DNA of 63,661 nt, counting the filler, from Octopus bimaculoides (Eukaryota): the NCBI RefSeq assembly GCF_001194135.2. It is 12 parts of 11 records of this genome, joined end to end, with 100 filler letters (N's around TTAATTAATTAA, not from the genome) between each part and the next. Parts side by side here need not be neighbours in the genome. Positions count along the whole stretch, not along the records: positions 1 to 7,433 come from NC_068996.1; positions 7,534 to 20,775 come from NC_068984.1; 10 more parts are not named here. The stretch is one strand, 5' to 3'. Positions within the stretch are counted from its first letter, which is position 1; every line of letters begins with the position of its first letter. Below, piece after piece: positions 1-12,210 of this stretch. Below the pieces are notes generated by a model. It saw only the letters and a program-made list of their open reading frames with translations. It searched no databases and was not told the DNA's origin. Made by a program: the position numbers and the translations under genes.

Positions 1-169
1 TATATACAAGGAATGAGGGCAGGGAATCGTCAATTAATAATAGAAATATATATATATATATATATATTTCTATTATTGTTTGCATGAAAGTAAACACAAT
101 ATCCCATTCAAAAATAAAAGTATTTTTCAAAAAATCCAAAATAACCGGGTTATGGCTGGGAGATAACAG

Positions 170-672
170 TTTACTCAGTTTACTCAAATTACTCAACCTC
201 AGCTCCTGCCATGGCCCCAAGATGGCCTCAGAATATGATATACACATTTCACACTGTGTTTCTGGGAAAAGCTTTAAACACCCATTTGATTTTGGCCACC
301 AGCTCAGCCTTTGTGTTGCAGCCAGAGTAGTTGGTGTCTTTCTCATCTGTGATGCACACATAGTAATCCATGAGATTATAATCAAGGAAATTAAAAGACC
401 AGAAATTGGAGATGGTGAAGTTGTAGAATTTCTCCAACTACTTCTGACTCTTTGTGGAGGTATGGCAAGGAGTAGAATTTTGCTGCAACACACATATGGT
501 CTTCCAGCTGCAACTCTCTCCAGCCAGAGATTGACCATAGTCTTCTGAAGTTTCACATAGCCATCTGAATTGAGCCTCAGGCTCTATACATAAATGAGGG
601 GCACATGATGTTACCCTCACTGGAGTCACACCTAAAGAGCATTACAGTTTGGGGTAACTTGGTTTTATATAT
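170..672 (-). pseudogene. Tc1/mariner-superfamily transposase remnant (DDE catalytic region, frameshifts and stops)
   Basis: Minus-strand frames join to give KTKLPQTVMLFRCDSSEGNIM / LRLNSDGYVKLQKTMVNLWLERVAAGRPYV / QQNSTPCHTSTKSQK*LEKFYNF..LDYNLMDYYV..CNTKAELVAKIK, matching the QDxAPxH and SPDxNPxD-type motifs of Tc1-like transposases. Confidence 0.85.
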
Positions 673-837
673 ATAAACAGAAGAAAGTTACAAGGGCTGA
701 GAGCTTTGTACTTAGTACTTATGAAGCAGTTTCATAAGTACCATACATGAAACTTTCAGTCCTTGAATTGCTTTTGTAACTTTCTACCCATTAAAAATAC
801 TAAAAAAAACTGTGTACATACTCATGTACTATGTTCT

Positions 838-1066
838 TTCTTTATTGCCAACAAGAGGCTACATATAGAGGGGACAAACAAGGACAGACAAAGGGATTAA
901 GTCGATTACATCAACCCCAGTGCATAACTGGTACTTAATTTCTTGATCCCCGAAAGGATGAAAGGCTAAGTTGACCTTGGCAGAATTTGAACTCAAAACG
1001 TAGCGGCAGATGAAATACCGCTAAGCACTTCGTCTGATGTGCTAACGTTTCTGCCAACTTGCCACC
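838..1066 (-). mobile_element. tRNA-derived SINE, family A (central CCTTTCATCC..GGGGTCGAT..GTACCAG domain, Meta-like)
   Basis: Homologous to copies at 24709-24939 and 60842-61062; degenerate A box (TGGCAGAAACGTTAGC) and B box (GAGTTCAAATT) on minus strand. Confidence 0.85.
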
Positions 1067-1381
1067 TTTTATACTATGTACTCTTATGTACTTATGTACT
1101 TATGTACTATGTTCTATTAGCCTGTTTGTTTTACCAAACCTATATGTACACACACGCACACACACACACACACACATACACACACACACACACATATATA
1201 TATAACTGAAGAGTTGTTTTGACTCTTATTTCTAGCAATGCTGGTGCTAACTAGCACTCTTCATCACTTTAGTGATGGCTATACTTGTCGCCTTTTGGTT
1301 GTGAATATATATATATGTATATATATATTCTATATATATTCTTTATTTTTTTATTCTCTCTCTGTTTATTTTCACTTATTC

Positions 1382-1417
1382 CTTTCTGTTGAAGAACGTA
1401 GGCTTGAAACATAAAAG
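1382..1417 (+). ncRNA. Degenerate minimal type I hammerhead motif in a PLE-like terminal repeat
   Basis: CTTT-CTGTTGA-A-GAAC/gtag/GCTT-GAAA-CA-TA-AAAG: stem I CTTT/AAAG intact, core A6 replaced by U, stems II and III each with a mismatch. Confidence 0.5.
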
Positions 1418-1733
1418 ACTTTCTCAACTTCCCGAGCTTGCAACTAATATCCCTGCTTGTTGTTTATACACCTATCTTCGTTTTTTGTTTTTCTGTAAAT
1501 TACAACTATATATAAAATATATAGTAGAGAAAGAAATAGAAAGAACTTGAGACAGTATTATATATTTGAAAAAAAATTTTTAAATGAATGGAAATGGCTT
1601 TATGGCTTTTCTGATAATTTTTCCAATTTAATAATTAGATGTTTATAAGTTTACAAAAAGTTACTTATAAGCATCTAAATATAAAAGTGGAAAAATCATC
1701 AGAAAAATCATTTTTATTCATTCTTTTAAATGT

Positions 1734-1765
<32 letters not shown>

Positions 1766-2864
1766 TATGTCACTCTTTAATGCTAAAGTTACAGGTATTC
1801 TATTACAACCTGGTGTATCAAGGGATTTTCAAAAGCAAAAGTAGATTCCCTGTCAGACATGTCAGGTGAAGAGAGTTATTAAGAACCCAGCAAGACCAAA
1901 ATAAGAAACAGGAAAATAAAAACTGTTAACAGAATGGATGAAGGGTTAATCAATGTTTAACAATTATGTAATGACATAAAAATACTTATAATGGTAAAAG
2001 AGCCCATTGTGAGACCACCTGAGAGTGATGGACCCCAGGTTATTGTTAGAGCACCTGTCTGTGAAAAGGATATTCTGACTTAAAACTTGAGAATCATTCA
2101 GCTGTTGGTTGTCCCAGCCAAAATAAGGCTACCAGGAGGAAAGCTGGTCTATTGAAAAGTGAGTGAAATTCTGAGAATGCTTCACTCTCTAGAAACAATT
2201 TCATGGGCAGGAACTCCTAGAAAAACACATGAAAACAGCATGCGGCATTGATGAGGTATAACAGAAAAAATAGAGGCTTGACCAACTGGAAGTATGTAAT
2301 TTCAAACCTGCATGTAGGCATCATGGGATATTGGTCAATTGTTTCCAACCTATAGCGATGGAGAAAATCAGCAACATCTCAACTGACTGAGCAGCCCTTT
2401 CTAAGGATGGCAGTAGTCGCTTGTTAATTAAGAACCAAGAAATGGTGGTGTAACAAAGCCTGCCTAATTCTCAAACTGGTCAGCAACTTAATGGCCAGTG
2501 GCTGTCCTCTCTTCCATAGTAACATCCAAGAAAAAAACAGCTTTCCAAGAAAGTTGACTTCCATTCTATATACACACGCGCACGCATGAACGCACGCACA
2601 CACATACACACAACATGTATGAATATATGTGTGTGTATGTATATGAGTGTGTTTATTTGGGTATGTGAGTGCATGTGCTTGTCTGAACAATTATACAACT
2701 ATATTATGTAGGTCTCTTTTTCGCATTATATGTGTGTATGCATGTATGTATACTTGTTTGTATATGTGTAAATTCGTGTGAGTTTATGTAAGCATGTGTG
2801 TTTGTACACATGTGCACATGTACATGTATATGTGCGTGTTCATATGTGTTTGTGTATGTGTGCA

Positions 2865-2900
<36 letters not shown>

Positions 2901-3001
2901 NNNNNNNNNNNNNNNNNNNNNNNNNNNNNNNNNNNNNNNNNNNNNNNNNNNNNNNNNNNNNNNNNNNNNNNNNNNNNNNNNNNNNNNNNNNNNNNNNNNN
3001 T

Positions 3002-3341
3002 CTTGAGAGAAAAGTTGAACATAAGAAACATCAGTTGTGGTGTGCAAGAGGGACGATTGTGCTGGTATGGAAATGTGGTGAGAATGGATGAGGATAGCTG
3101 TGTGAAAAAGTGTCACACCTTAGCAGTTGAGGGAACCTGTGGAAGAGGCAGGCCCAGGAAGACCTGGGATGAGATGGTGAAGCACGACCTCCAGACATTA
3201 GNNNNNNNNNNCAGGCCCAGGAAGACCTGGGATGAGATGGTGAAGCACGACCTCCAGACATTAGGCCCCACCGAGGCAATGACTTCTGACCGAGACCTTT
3301 GGAAATATGCTGTGTGTGAGAGGACCCGGCAAGCCAAGTGA
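3002..3341 (+). pseudogene. RTE-clade LINE ORF2 C-terminus
   Basis: LREKLNIRNISCGVQEGRLCWYGNVVRMDEDSCVKKC..GRGRPRKTWDEMVKHDL, the typical RLxWxGHVxRM..GRPxxxW terminal motif. Confidence 0.85.
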
Positions 3342-4010
3342 GACCGAAATTCAAGGCCTCTGCCAGGGATGTAGCCAGCCCACTTACGCGTAACATTCCT
3401 TCATTGGACACTAAACTCCGCTTGCGAAGACATGGTGAGGCAAGCGAAAGCGAAATCGTGATGGCACCTGTACCAGTGGAACACTAAGAGCACCGTCCGA
3501 GCGCGATCGTTGCCAGAGCAGGTGTCTGGCTTCCATGCCGGTGGCATGTAAAAAGCACCATTTGAGTGTGATCATTACCAGCGTCGCCTTAGTGGCACTT
3601 GTGCTGTAGGCACATGAAAAGACATTCGATCAAGATCGTTGCCAGTGCCAATGGACTGGCCCCTATGCAGGTGACACGTAAAATACACCATTTTGAGCGT
3701 GGCCATTGATCGTTATCAACGTCTCTTCCCTGGTACTTGTGCCAGTGGCACGTGAAAAGACATTCGAGCGAGTTCGTTGCCAGTGCCGCTGGACTGGCTC
3801 CTGTGCAGGTGGCACGTAAAATACACCATTTCGAGCGTGGCCGTCACCAGTACCGCCAGACTGGCCTTCGTGCCGGTGGCATGTAAAAGCACCCACTACA
3901 CTCTCGGAGTGGTTGGCGTTAGGAAGGACATCCAGCTGTAGAAACTCTGCCAAATCAGATTGGAGCCTGGTGTCGCCTCCTGGTCCACCAGTCCTCAGTC
4001 AAATTGTCCA
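3342..4010 (+). mobile_element. 3' UTR/tail of the same LINE, with internal ~60-bp subrepeats
   Basis: Follows the ORF stop; GGCAYGTRAAAGCACCATT(T)GAGCG-like motif recurs about 7 times; terminal block reappears at 4500-4642 and 5650-5790. Confidence 0.7.
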
Positions 4011-4499
4011 NNNNNNNNNNNNNNNNNNNNNNNNNNNNNNNNNNNNNNNNNNNNNNNNNNNNNNNNNNNNNNNNNNNNNNNNNNNNNNNNNNNNNNNNNN
4101 NNNNNNNNNNNNNNNNNNNNNNNNNNNNNNNNNNNNNNNNNNNNNNNNNNNNNNNNNNNNNNNNNNNNNNNNNNNNNNNNNNNNNNNNNNNNNNNNNNNN
4201 NNNNNNNNNNNNNNNNNNNNNNNNNNNNNNNNNNNNNNNNNNNNNNNNNNNNNNNNNNNNNNNNNNNNNNNNNNNNNNNNNNNNNNNNNNNNNNNNNNNN
4301 NNNNNNNNNNNNNNNNNNNNNNNNNNNNNNNNNNNNNNNNNNNNNNNNNNNNNNNNNNNNNNNNNNNNNNNNNNNNNNNNNNNNNNNNTATTTACATGTC
4401 TGTTTGACTGTTTCACATGACTTTATTCATTAAAACTTATTAAAACTTCAAAAGTTCTTACAACTTTGGTCGTCATAATGCTTTGCTTTCATTTGTTTA

Positions 4500-4642
4500 A
4501 TGGCACGTAAAAGCACCCACTACACTCTCGAAGTGGTTGGTGTTAGGAAGGGCATCCAGCTGTAGAAACTCTGCTAGATCAGATTGGAGCCTGGTGCAGC
4601 CATCTGGTTTGCCAGTCCTCAGTCAAATCGTCCAACCCATGG
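4500..4642 (+). mobile_element. 5'-truncated copy of the RTE-like tail
   Basis: Near-identical to 3880-4010 (GGCACGTAAAAGCACCCACTACACTCTCG..CAGTCAAATCGTCCAACCC). Confidence 0.8.
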
Positions 4643-5649
4643 TTTAATAAAAATTCCTCCTTGTAATGATTTTGCTTTCATTTTGTGATAGACAGCTATC
4701 ATGCAGAAAATGCCATATTCCAAATCCTGTTTTCTGATCAGGTAAAATAGATTAAACTTTAAACCTTAGTAAGAGTTTTCTGAAATTTTTCAGGAACAAA
4801 TAAATAACAAAATCGGATTTAACATGGAAAATTATTTCGATATACCAAATTTGAAAGTCTTGATGTAATTTTAAAATTTCACAATATGTGGTGACAGCAA
4901 TAGGAAAGATCCTACAAAAGTAGAGAGACAGACAGTTATAGGATGTCAGACACACACTGAAACACACATATGCACATACACACAGTTAATCATGAGTTTA
5001 AAATGGTGTATAGTAAACACATGTATGTATGACTGTATGTATGTATATATATATGTGTGTGTGTGTCTGTGTGTATGTGCATGTGTATGTGTGTAAGTGT
5101 GTGTGTGAGTGTGTGTGTGCATGTATGTGTATGTGTATGCATGTATCTATGTATTTATGAAAGTATGTATGCAGTGCCATGTGTATATACCTGAACAACA
5201 GCTCTATTAACGTTAACATCCCACTGCCACTCCATATTTGTCACTTACACAATACTGTTCTCCCCTTCCCTGATATCAGTTACACTCTCTATACCACCAC
5301 ATTTTCCTCACACTAAGACTTTTGCACCCTTCTCATTTTATCAAATAATAGCTCAGCCCCTCTAGGGAGCCCATTATAGATTTTTATTGAAATCCAATTA
5401 ACCTATAATTGAACTGGATGTTAGTTTAACATGTTTTCCAAGTTTTATCAAAATTGGTTCATTCGTGTAGGCAGTAGGATGGTAACAGACAGATCAACAG
5501 ACAGAAATTGCCATTTATGTATAAAGATATATATATATATAAACACCCATGCCAGTGACATGTTAGAGGCACCAATGCCAGTGATATGTTAATGTCACCT
5601 ATACTGGTGATACATTAATGTCACCTATACTGGTGATACGTTAAAGGTA

Positions 5650-5790
5650 CCTAGTACATTTTGTGACGTGGTTGATGTTAGGAAGTGCATCCGTCAGTAG
5701 AAACCAAGCCAAGGTCAGACTGGATCCTGGTGCAGCTCTCTGGCTTATCAGTTCCAGTCAAACTGTCAAACATTAAGTGGATGCTAAATG
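5650..5790 (+). mobile_element. Diverged copy of the RTE-like tail
   Basis: GTTAGGAAGTGCATCC..TAGAAACC..CCTGGTGCAGC..CAGTCAAACTGTC aligns to 4540-4640. Confidence 0.6.
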
Positions 5791-6185
5791 ATGATGATGA
5801 TGATGATATATGTATGTATACATACATTCACACACACACACACAAATATATACATGATGATATATGTAATTTTCATACATATAAATACTTATGTGTATGT
5901 TTTTTATATTTTAAAAATTTTGTTACTTGTTTTAATTATTGACCTTTATCATGCTAATAAGACACCACCCTTGATATGTCAGATTGAATAAATAGAGATA
6001 AATACTTATTTGCAAGTCTAGAACTTATTCTATCAACCCCTTTTACTGGACTGCTATGTTACATGAATATAAACTAACAAACACCAGTTGTCTTCTTAGG
6101 TATTTCTTTTCCACAAGATCCCTCCACATTTAGAGACTGGCACTTCTTTATGCAGCTCTCCTCATCTGTACACATTATATGATCG

Positions 6186-6397
6186 TACAAGGAGGTGCAG
6201 AAAAGTTCCTGGCTTTAAGGGTATTGCAAGACACCTAGTTGGAGGCCCAACCTTACAAGTTCTTTTACAGGGCTTAAAAAAACCTGAAGGACCGTTGCAA
6301 TAAGTGTGTGAATCTGAGAGGGGAATATGTTGAATAAAATCATAATTAACTGATTTTCTTTTATCTAAAGCCAGGACTTTTTCAGCACCCCCTCATA
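6186..6397. mobile_element. Mariner-derived MITE / internally deleted mariner
   Basis: Imperfect ~30-bp TIRs (TACAAGGAGGTGCAGAAAAGTTCCTGGCTTTA vs reverse complement TATGAGGGGGTGCTGAAAAAGTCCTGGCTTTA) with TA ends. Confidence 0.75.
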
Positions 6398-6416
6398 CAA
6401 GCCATCTTCTCTTATT

Positions 6417-6448
<32 letters not shown>

Positions 6449-6649
6449 TAATTATATGTATTTATTTTATCCTAATTAATAATAATTCGGATAGAATAAA
6501 TGGGTTAATAGAAACCAGGGTAGCAAAGATCACAAAATAACTGTGGTGTAATTCCTGTTTGTGAGGCAGAAACTCCTTGATATTTTGGGTATTTGAGTAT
6601 ATATAAATTTAAGGAATGGAGTGAACACATGTTATAACTGCATACTTTA

Positions 6650-6733
6650 TTCCGACATATGTTTCGAAGAATTACAATTTATGCGATCCATAGGAATCGT
6701 CGATGTTAAAAATGTAAACTTCTCCTCAGGGAA
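6650..6733 (-). ncRNA. Type I hammerhead ribozyme motif with canonical core
   Basis: Minus strand: TTCC-CTGAGGA-GAAG..CTTC-GAAA-CATATG-TC-GGAA; stem III palindrome ACATATGT; predicted cleavage between 6654 and 6653; AATAAA overlaps the 3' strand of stem I. Confidence 0.8.
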
Positions 6734-6794
6734 ATGTATGGGAACCATCGGTCATAATGTCTTAAGTTTAAGATGGTTCCCATACATTTCCCTG
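6727..6794. repeat. Perfect 23-bp inverted repeat with 22-nt loop
   Basis: CAGGGAAATGTATGGGAACCATC (6727-6749) / GATGGTTCCCATACATTTCCCTG (6772-6794). Confidence 0.95.
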
Positions 6795-7023
6795 GGTCAT
6801 TTGGAGTTTTCTTTCCTCAGTCGAGTACCAGATTATCTTCACAATTTCAGCTGATTATACTCGAGATTGCTCTAGTCTGGCCAGCCCCAAGGAAAAACTA
6901 AGCTAAGAGCATTAGATTCCTTGGAAGAAAGCAGTGAATGTATACAAAAACAAGGATGGAAAAAAATGGAGAATGTTACAATAAGGTGTCTTTTGACTAA
7001 GGACGAATTAAATTCAGCTGGCA

Positions 7024-7073
7024 TGTGTAAAATCTTGTATCCCTGCCATGAGGCAGGGATACAAAATTTCACA
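7024..7073. repeat. Hairpin with 13-bp perfect stem and 4-nt loop
   Basis: TTGTATCCCTGCC-ATGA-GGCAGGGATACAA, extendable with bulges. Confidence 0.85.
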
Positions 7074-7477
7074 GGCACAGAGAGGAATATCGATATTGCA
7101 TGGACGATGGTTGGCCAAGAAAGAAAGATCAGGCTTGGCCGAATGCCGGTCAAGTGGCAAGAGAAGAGAGAGAGGTAGAGGCAGAGGGACAGAGGAATTA
7201 AGGAGGGGTAAGAAAAAATGACAGAGACACAGTGAAGTAAAAAGTGGAAGGAAAGTGAGCAAGAAGAGAAGGCAAGGAAATGTGAGGGAGAGGGACAAAA
7301 GAATGAAGAGTGGAATGAACAAATAAGCATGAAAGGGCCGACAAAAACAAAAAATAGAGACGTACAAGATTTAGAAAAATGTATACTAACATATAAGAGA
7401 CCTGTATGTATATATATATATATATACTTAGGGNNNNNNNNNNNNNNNNNNNNNNNNNNNNNNNNNNNNNNNNNNNN

Positions 7478-7489
7478 TTAATTAATTAA
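7478..7489. other. Assembly spacer TTAATTAATTAA inside N-runs (11 copies: 7478, 20820, 26389, 39498, 42686, 48832, 51712, 56288, 58110, 59914, 62475)
   Basis: Identical 12-mer always flanked by N blocks; contains stops in all six frames. Confidence 0.9.
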
Positions 7490-7533
7490 NNNNNNNNNNN
7501 NNNNNNNNNNNNNNNNNNNNNNNNNNNNNNNNN

Positions 7534-7782
7534 GACAATACAGCTCGTAGGGTAGACCATCCAATCCAAGTGACTTATCCCTCGCGCAGCCCGCCATAGC
7601 ATCCCTTACTTCAGCAGCTGTGATGGGACCCTCACAACACTCTGCCTCTCCCGCCGAGAGCCACGGCAGGCCGGTCAGGTAGGCAGTGAAGTCCATCCTG
7701 CGTTCCGACTCACCGCTCGCACCGAACAGTCGAGCAAAGTGCTGTTGAAAGGCCCCACACATCCTTTCGGGTTCGAGCAGAC
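7534..7782 (-). pseudogene. Tx1/L1-clade LINE ORF2 fragment (region preceding RT)
   Basis: FQQHFARLF..CEGPITAAEVRDAMAGCARDKSLGLDGLPYELY (SPGxDGxxxEFY-type motif); 5' side abuts a (TATC)n array. Confidence 0.85.
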
Positions 7783-7783
7783 T

Positions 7784-7848
<65 letters not shown>

Positions 7849-9328
7849 AAGACCGATAGATAGATAGATACCTGATATTACCTAGCCGTATCTGCAGCAA
7901 AATGCGTTATCAAAAGAAGTGCAGAAATGCCAGACATAAGATTTATAAATATTGGAGATTGAACAGTGAAAAGAAAAGGGAAAGAAATGCTAACCACAAA
8001 TTCATGACACTGAGGGACGCTTTACTCTACCGTTTTGTAAAACGAACTGAAGGATGTGTCTTTTTACGTTCTGTTTACACACGATATAAAAGCTGTAGTT
8101 GTTCAACTTGAAAAGTAGCTGCGACGATTACGTTGTTAGATCTTGGAATCTCTGAAGTACATCGGTACAGCAATTTCATTCTTCCCAAATGATTAACATT
8201 CTCTAATTATAAGGTGCAATACGTATATTCTTCCGGAATTGTGCTTCAACAAGTACGTTATTCTTAACTTTTAAATATATTTCACTCTTCAATTCAGTTA
8301 CCATAGATCTATATATTAGTTACAAGTGTAACCATCATCATCAAGAAGTAGACACAAGGTGAGGTGAAATACTAAATGAATTACGCTAGTTTCTTTTAAC
8401 GTGAACATTATTAAATAAAGCATGTTTAACACATTGTTACATGTAATGTGTGTGCATGTGCGCTTGTTTATTAACTAAAACAGAAAACATTTTGCAGCAT
8501 ATACCAGTCAGTTTCTCTCTTTATAAACAGCCACTTGCTAATGTAAAATAATAATAGTGTTAATTCATATTTTATTTGCAAATATTTAGCATAGAATTCA
8601 TTACTTGTGATTTTGTTTTTATTAGAAATTGCATTCTCGAGAGAGATTTCAGTTGCCACTTATTGAGATGAGGAAACGAATATTCCTTGCTAGAAATATA
8701 CACAGTACTTAGTCAAATATAAGCATTTGGAATTCATACGGTAAAAAAAAATCTCAAAACTGCTGGAACGGATCTCGTCTACATAAGCACTCGCACACAT
8801 GCGCACATGTACATACCCACATACACACAGATACATAAACACACATGCATGTATGTAAAACACGACACAGACACACAAGCACACCAATCGTGGCATGTAT
8901 ATTTCTAATTTTAAGTTGTAAAATTTCGTTGATACCCCACCCTGCATAGTATTTATAATTCTCACTTTTACCGTTTATGGAATCAGCATAAGTTATCATC
9001 GGAAATGTTATAATCTAGTGAAGTGAGAGCCACTGATCAGCATTATAATGTGAGAGCATCAAAATGCGAAAGCATCGATTATCTGGCTATATCTGCTGCT
9101 GTAGATAGCTTGTCTCCCTTGTCAGTATTTAAGATAGTGCTTTCCGTGGCTATTGAGTTGTCGGACACATATTGTTGTGTTGCATGTGCCTGGTGTACCC
9201 TTATCAGATGGATAGCCATGATGGGTATACTAGGCTTCGTATACTAACTCTTATTTCTAGCAATACTTCTGCTGATTGATGCCCTTTATTTCTGGCTTTA
9301 CGTTGTAAAATTGCGAAGTAGCCACCTA

Positions 9329-9368
<40 letters not shown>

Positions 9369-9371
9369 GTT

Positions 9372-9470
9372 AACTCTACCGAGGTCGACTTTGACTTTCA
9401 TCCATTAGGGGTCCATAAATTAATTAACAGTGAAATACTAGGGTCGATGTAAGCGACTCTTCTCCTCCCT
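9372..9470 (+). mobile_element. SINE family A fragment
   Basis: CCGAGGTCGACTTTGACTTTCATCC..GGGGTC..CTAGGGTCGATGTAA. Confidence 0.7.
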
Positions 9471-9521
9471 GAAATGGCTGCCGTTATGGAAATATTTCAA
9501 CCATTATTACTATTATTATTA

Positions 9522-10050
9522 TTGAGTGAGAGAGCATTGCATGCCAACAAAGTGACACTGAGGTAAAATATACGAACCCAGTATACCCATCATGACTACC
9601 CGTCTGATAAGAGTAGACCAGGTAAATGCACCACAAACATATGTGCGCGATATGCTGATCACATATCAAAATAAACAGCGTATGACCTTGTAGGTGGGGC
9701 CCAGTTAGAAATTTCTTAGGGTCGTTTAGCCCATCCCGCTGAATAGATCCCTGAATAATGATTGTTTAAGGATGTTGGACGAAACACCTCCAAAGGTGAA
9801 TTATCCAAACCCAAAGAATTCCTCCCAACACAATGCTATGATGCTCCTCCACTATTTCTGCTCGTGATCAGAGATGCACATACCGGCAGTCACAAAGGGA
9901 TATGCTCAACTGGTTAAGGTCAAACAATTGACAAGCAAACCTGTGGTATTAAGCAGAATATTTGCTGTAGCCCAACTTTTATACCAAGACCACACAATGT
10001 ACAGGATAACACATTCAATCAGTTAAGTTGAGAATCCACGAGAGACACTG
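9522..10050 (-). mobile_element. Unclassified interspersed repeat ending in (AAT)n
   Basis: Its low-coordinate end is the reverse complement of 41152-41200 (TTTTACCCCAGTGTCACTTTGATGGCATGCACTGCTCTCTCACTCAATAAT); far boundary approximate. Confidence 0.55.
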
Positions 10051-10058
10051 ACTAGTAC

Positions 10059-10097
<39 letters not shown>

Positions 10098-10098
10098 G

Positions 10099-10129
<31 letters not shown>

Positions 10130-10759
10130 AATTAATGGATGGATGGATACGCACATCCATACATATGCATGCAAAAGTGTATGAATATCAATAGTCATAT
10201 ATATGTATGTGTGTCTGTGTGTTCGTGCCTGTGTGTGTGCGCGCGTGCGCGCGTGTGTGTGTGGAGTATGTGTACACAATGCATTGCCTAGATAATATTT
10301 GTGAATATGCTGAAACATTCATTTACGAAAGAAACTACAATAACGAATACTTGATTTATACACTACTGATGCTCTTGGAGAATTTGTATGCAAGCCTCGG
10401 CATAGGTTCATGCGTGCAACAAAACACATGCTTACATACGAAGAAAATCTCGTTCCTTAAAACAAAAAAAGTTACCTGTATAAATCAATATGATTGATAC
10501 AAAATATATTATGTATTTAAACAAGAGTTAAAACATTAAATCAATAACAATACAAAATTAGTACCAAACGCAAGAAGACAGATTCGAAAATTAATGTGGG
10601 CGTGATTGATTGCATGTTTTGTATTCGTAATATTCTGGGATTTAATCTTATGGAAAAGGTCAGCATTCCTGACAATAGCTTTGTCAGTATTCTTAAACCT
10701 TTTTTTTCTCTCCTGATTAGTTATTTCAGTAGAACTTTAATAATCAGATGTGCCCAATA

Positions 10760-10802
<43 letters not shown>

Positions 10803-10812
10803 NNNNNNNNNN

Positions 10813-10853
<41 letters not shown>

Positions 10854-11874
10854 TTATCGTTCTATTTATCTATCCTTTTTTAATGTAATTTTTCGTGTTC
10901 ATTATGGTGTCTTGAAGCACTACTCTAACTTTGGCCTCATGAACAAATGTGTTTTCAAACACACCTGAACTAGCGAGCGAGCTTCAGTGTCTCGACAGGT
11001 ACAACCAGGATTGGGCACTTGCTATGTTTTATGAATGATTTCCTTCATATTGGGGGAGCACCTGTACGAAATTTACCGGACTGATGACCAAATTCACACC
11101 ACTTCGAGAAATCTACATAAATGGATCAGAGAGATGCAAGCTATGCGTAACTGAACGACTGCACATTCCAACGGAATACGTAAATACAGATCTGCAATTT
11201 TTAGAAAATAAAAGCACATAGACGCGTTTCATTTCTTGAACTTAAGGACAACAACCGCTCTAATTTGAGTAGGTAGCTCACCGACTTTGGCTTCTTTTCT
11301 CTAATATTATTCTGCACCAGCCATATTAATTGTGGTTTCTCGACTCAAAGAGAGGAAAGAACTTGGTTTTCGTTATATTTTATTTCATTTTATTTTCTTC
11401 CAGCTACAAATCTTGCATTAGCCTTCTTCGAAATTTTTTCCTAGTTTTTTCATGTTTTCCCATAACCTAGGTTCGATTTTGTAAAATACATTTCACGTTA
11501 TGAGATGAGCCTGAAAGTTTTGCTTGGAGATACAAGAAGTTATATAAACTGCCAATTGATTGTATCTTAAAGCATGAAACAATTAGGAGCTCTTTTGTAA
11601 TTGTGTATATTAAAAGATATTTAACTCTCACTAGGTAGAGTAATTCTTTCTTCATCCTACCTAAAATTGAACTATAATCTACAGACATGTAAGTATGCGA
11701 GCGTCAGTGTGTATGTGTATATATATATACATNNNNNNNNNNNNNNNNNNNNNNNNNNNNNNNNNNNNNNNNNNNNNNNNNNNNNNNNNNNNNNNNNNNN
11801 NNNNNNNNNNNNNNNNNNNNNNNNNNNNNNNNNNNNNNNNNNNNNNNNNNNNNNNNNNNNNNNNNNNNNNNNNN

Positions 11875-11947
<73 letters not shown>

Positions 11948-11970
11948 CATAGACACACAGACAGACAGAC

Positions 11971-12017
<47 letters not shown>

Positions 12018-12210
12018 TAGATAGATATTGTATTTACTGACATTTTCCATAAAATTAAATCCCAGAATATTACAATTATAGAGTTATGGTTCAATATCCA
12101 ACATAACTACCATCTCTTTCTCACACGACTACCGATATGACTCTCCTAGATCTAAATTTTTCTGCCCTATTCTTTTTTTTTAATTCCTTGTATTATGGCT
12201 TCTTTCCTTC

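Noticed and set aside
84-548. 154-aa plus-strand ORF
   Set aside because: Antisense shadow of the minus-strand Tc1 transposase remnant
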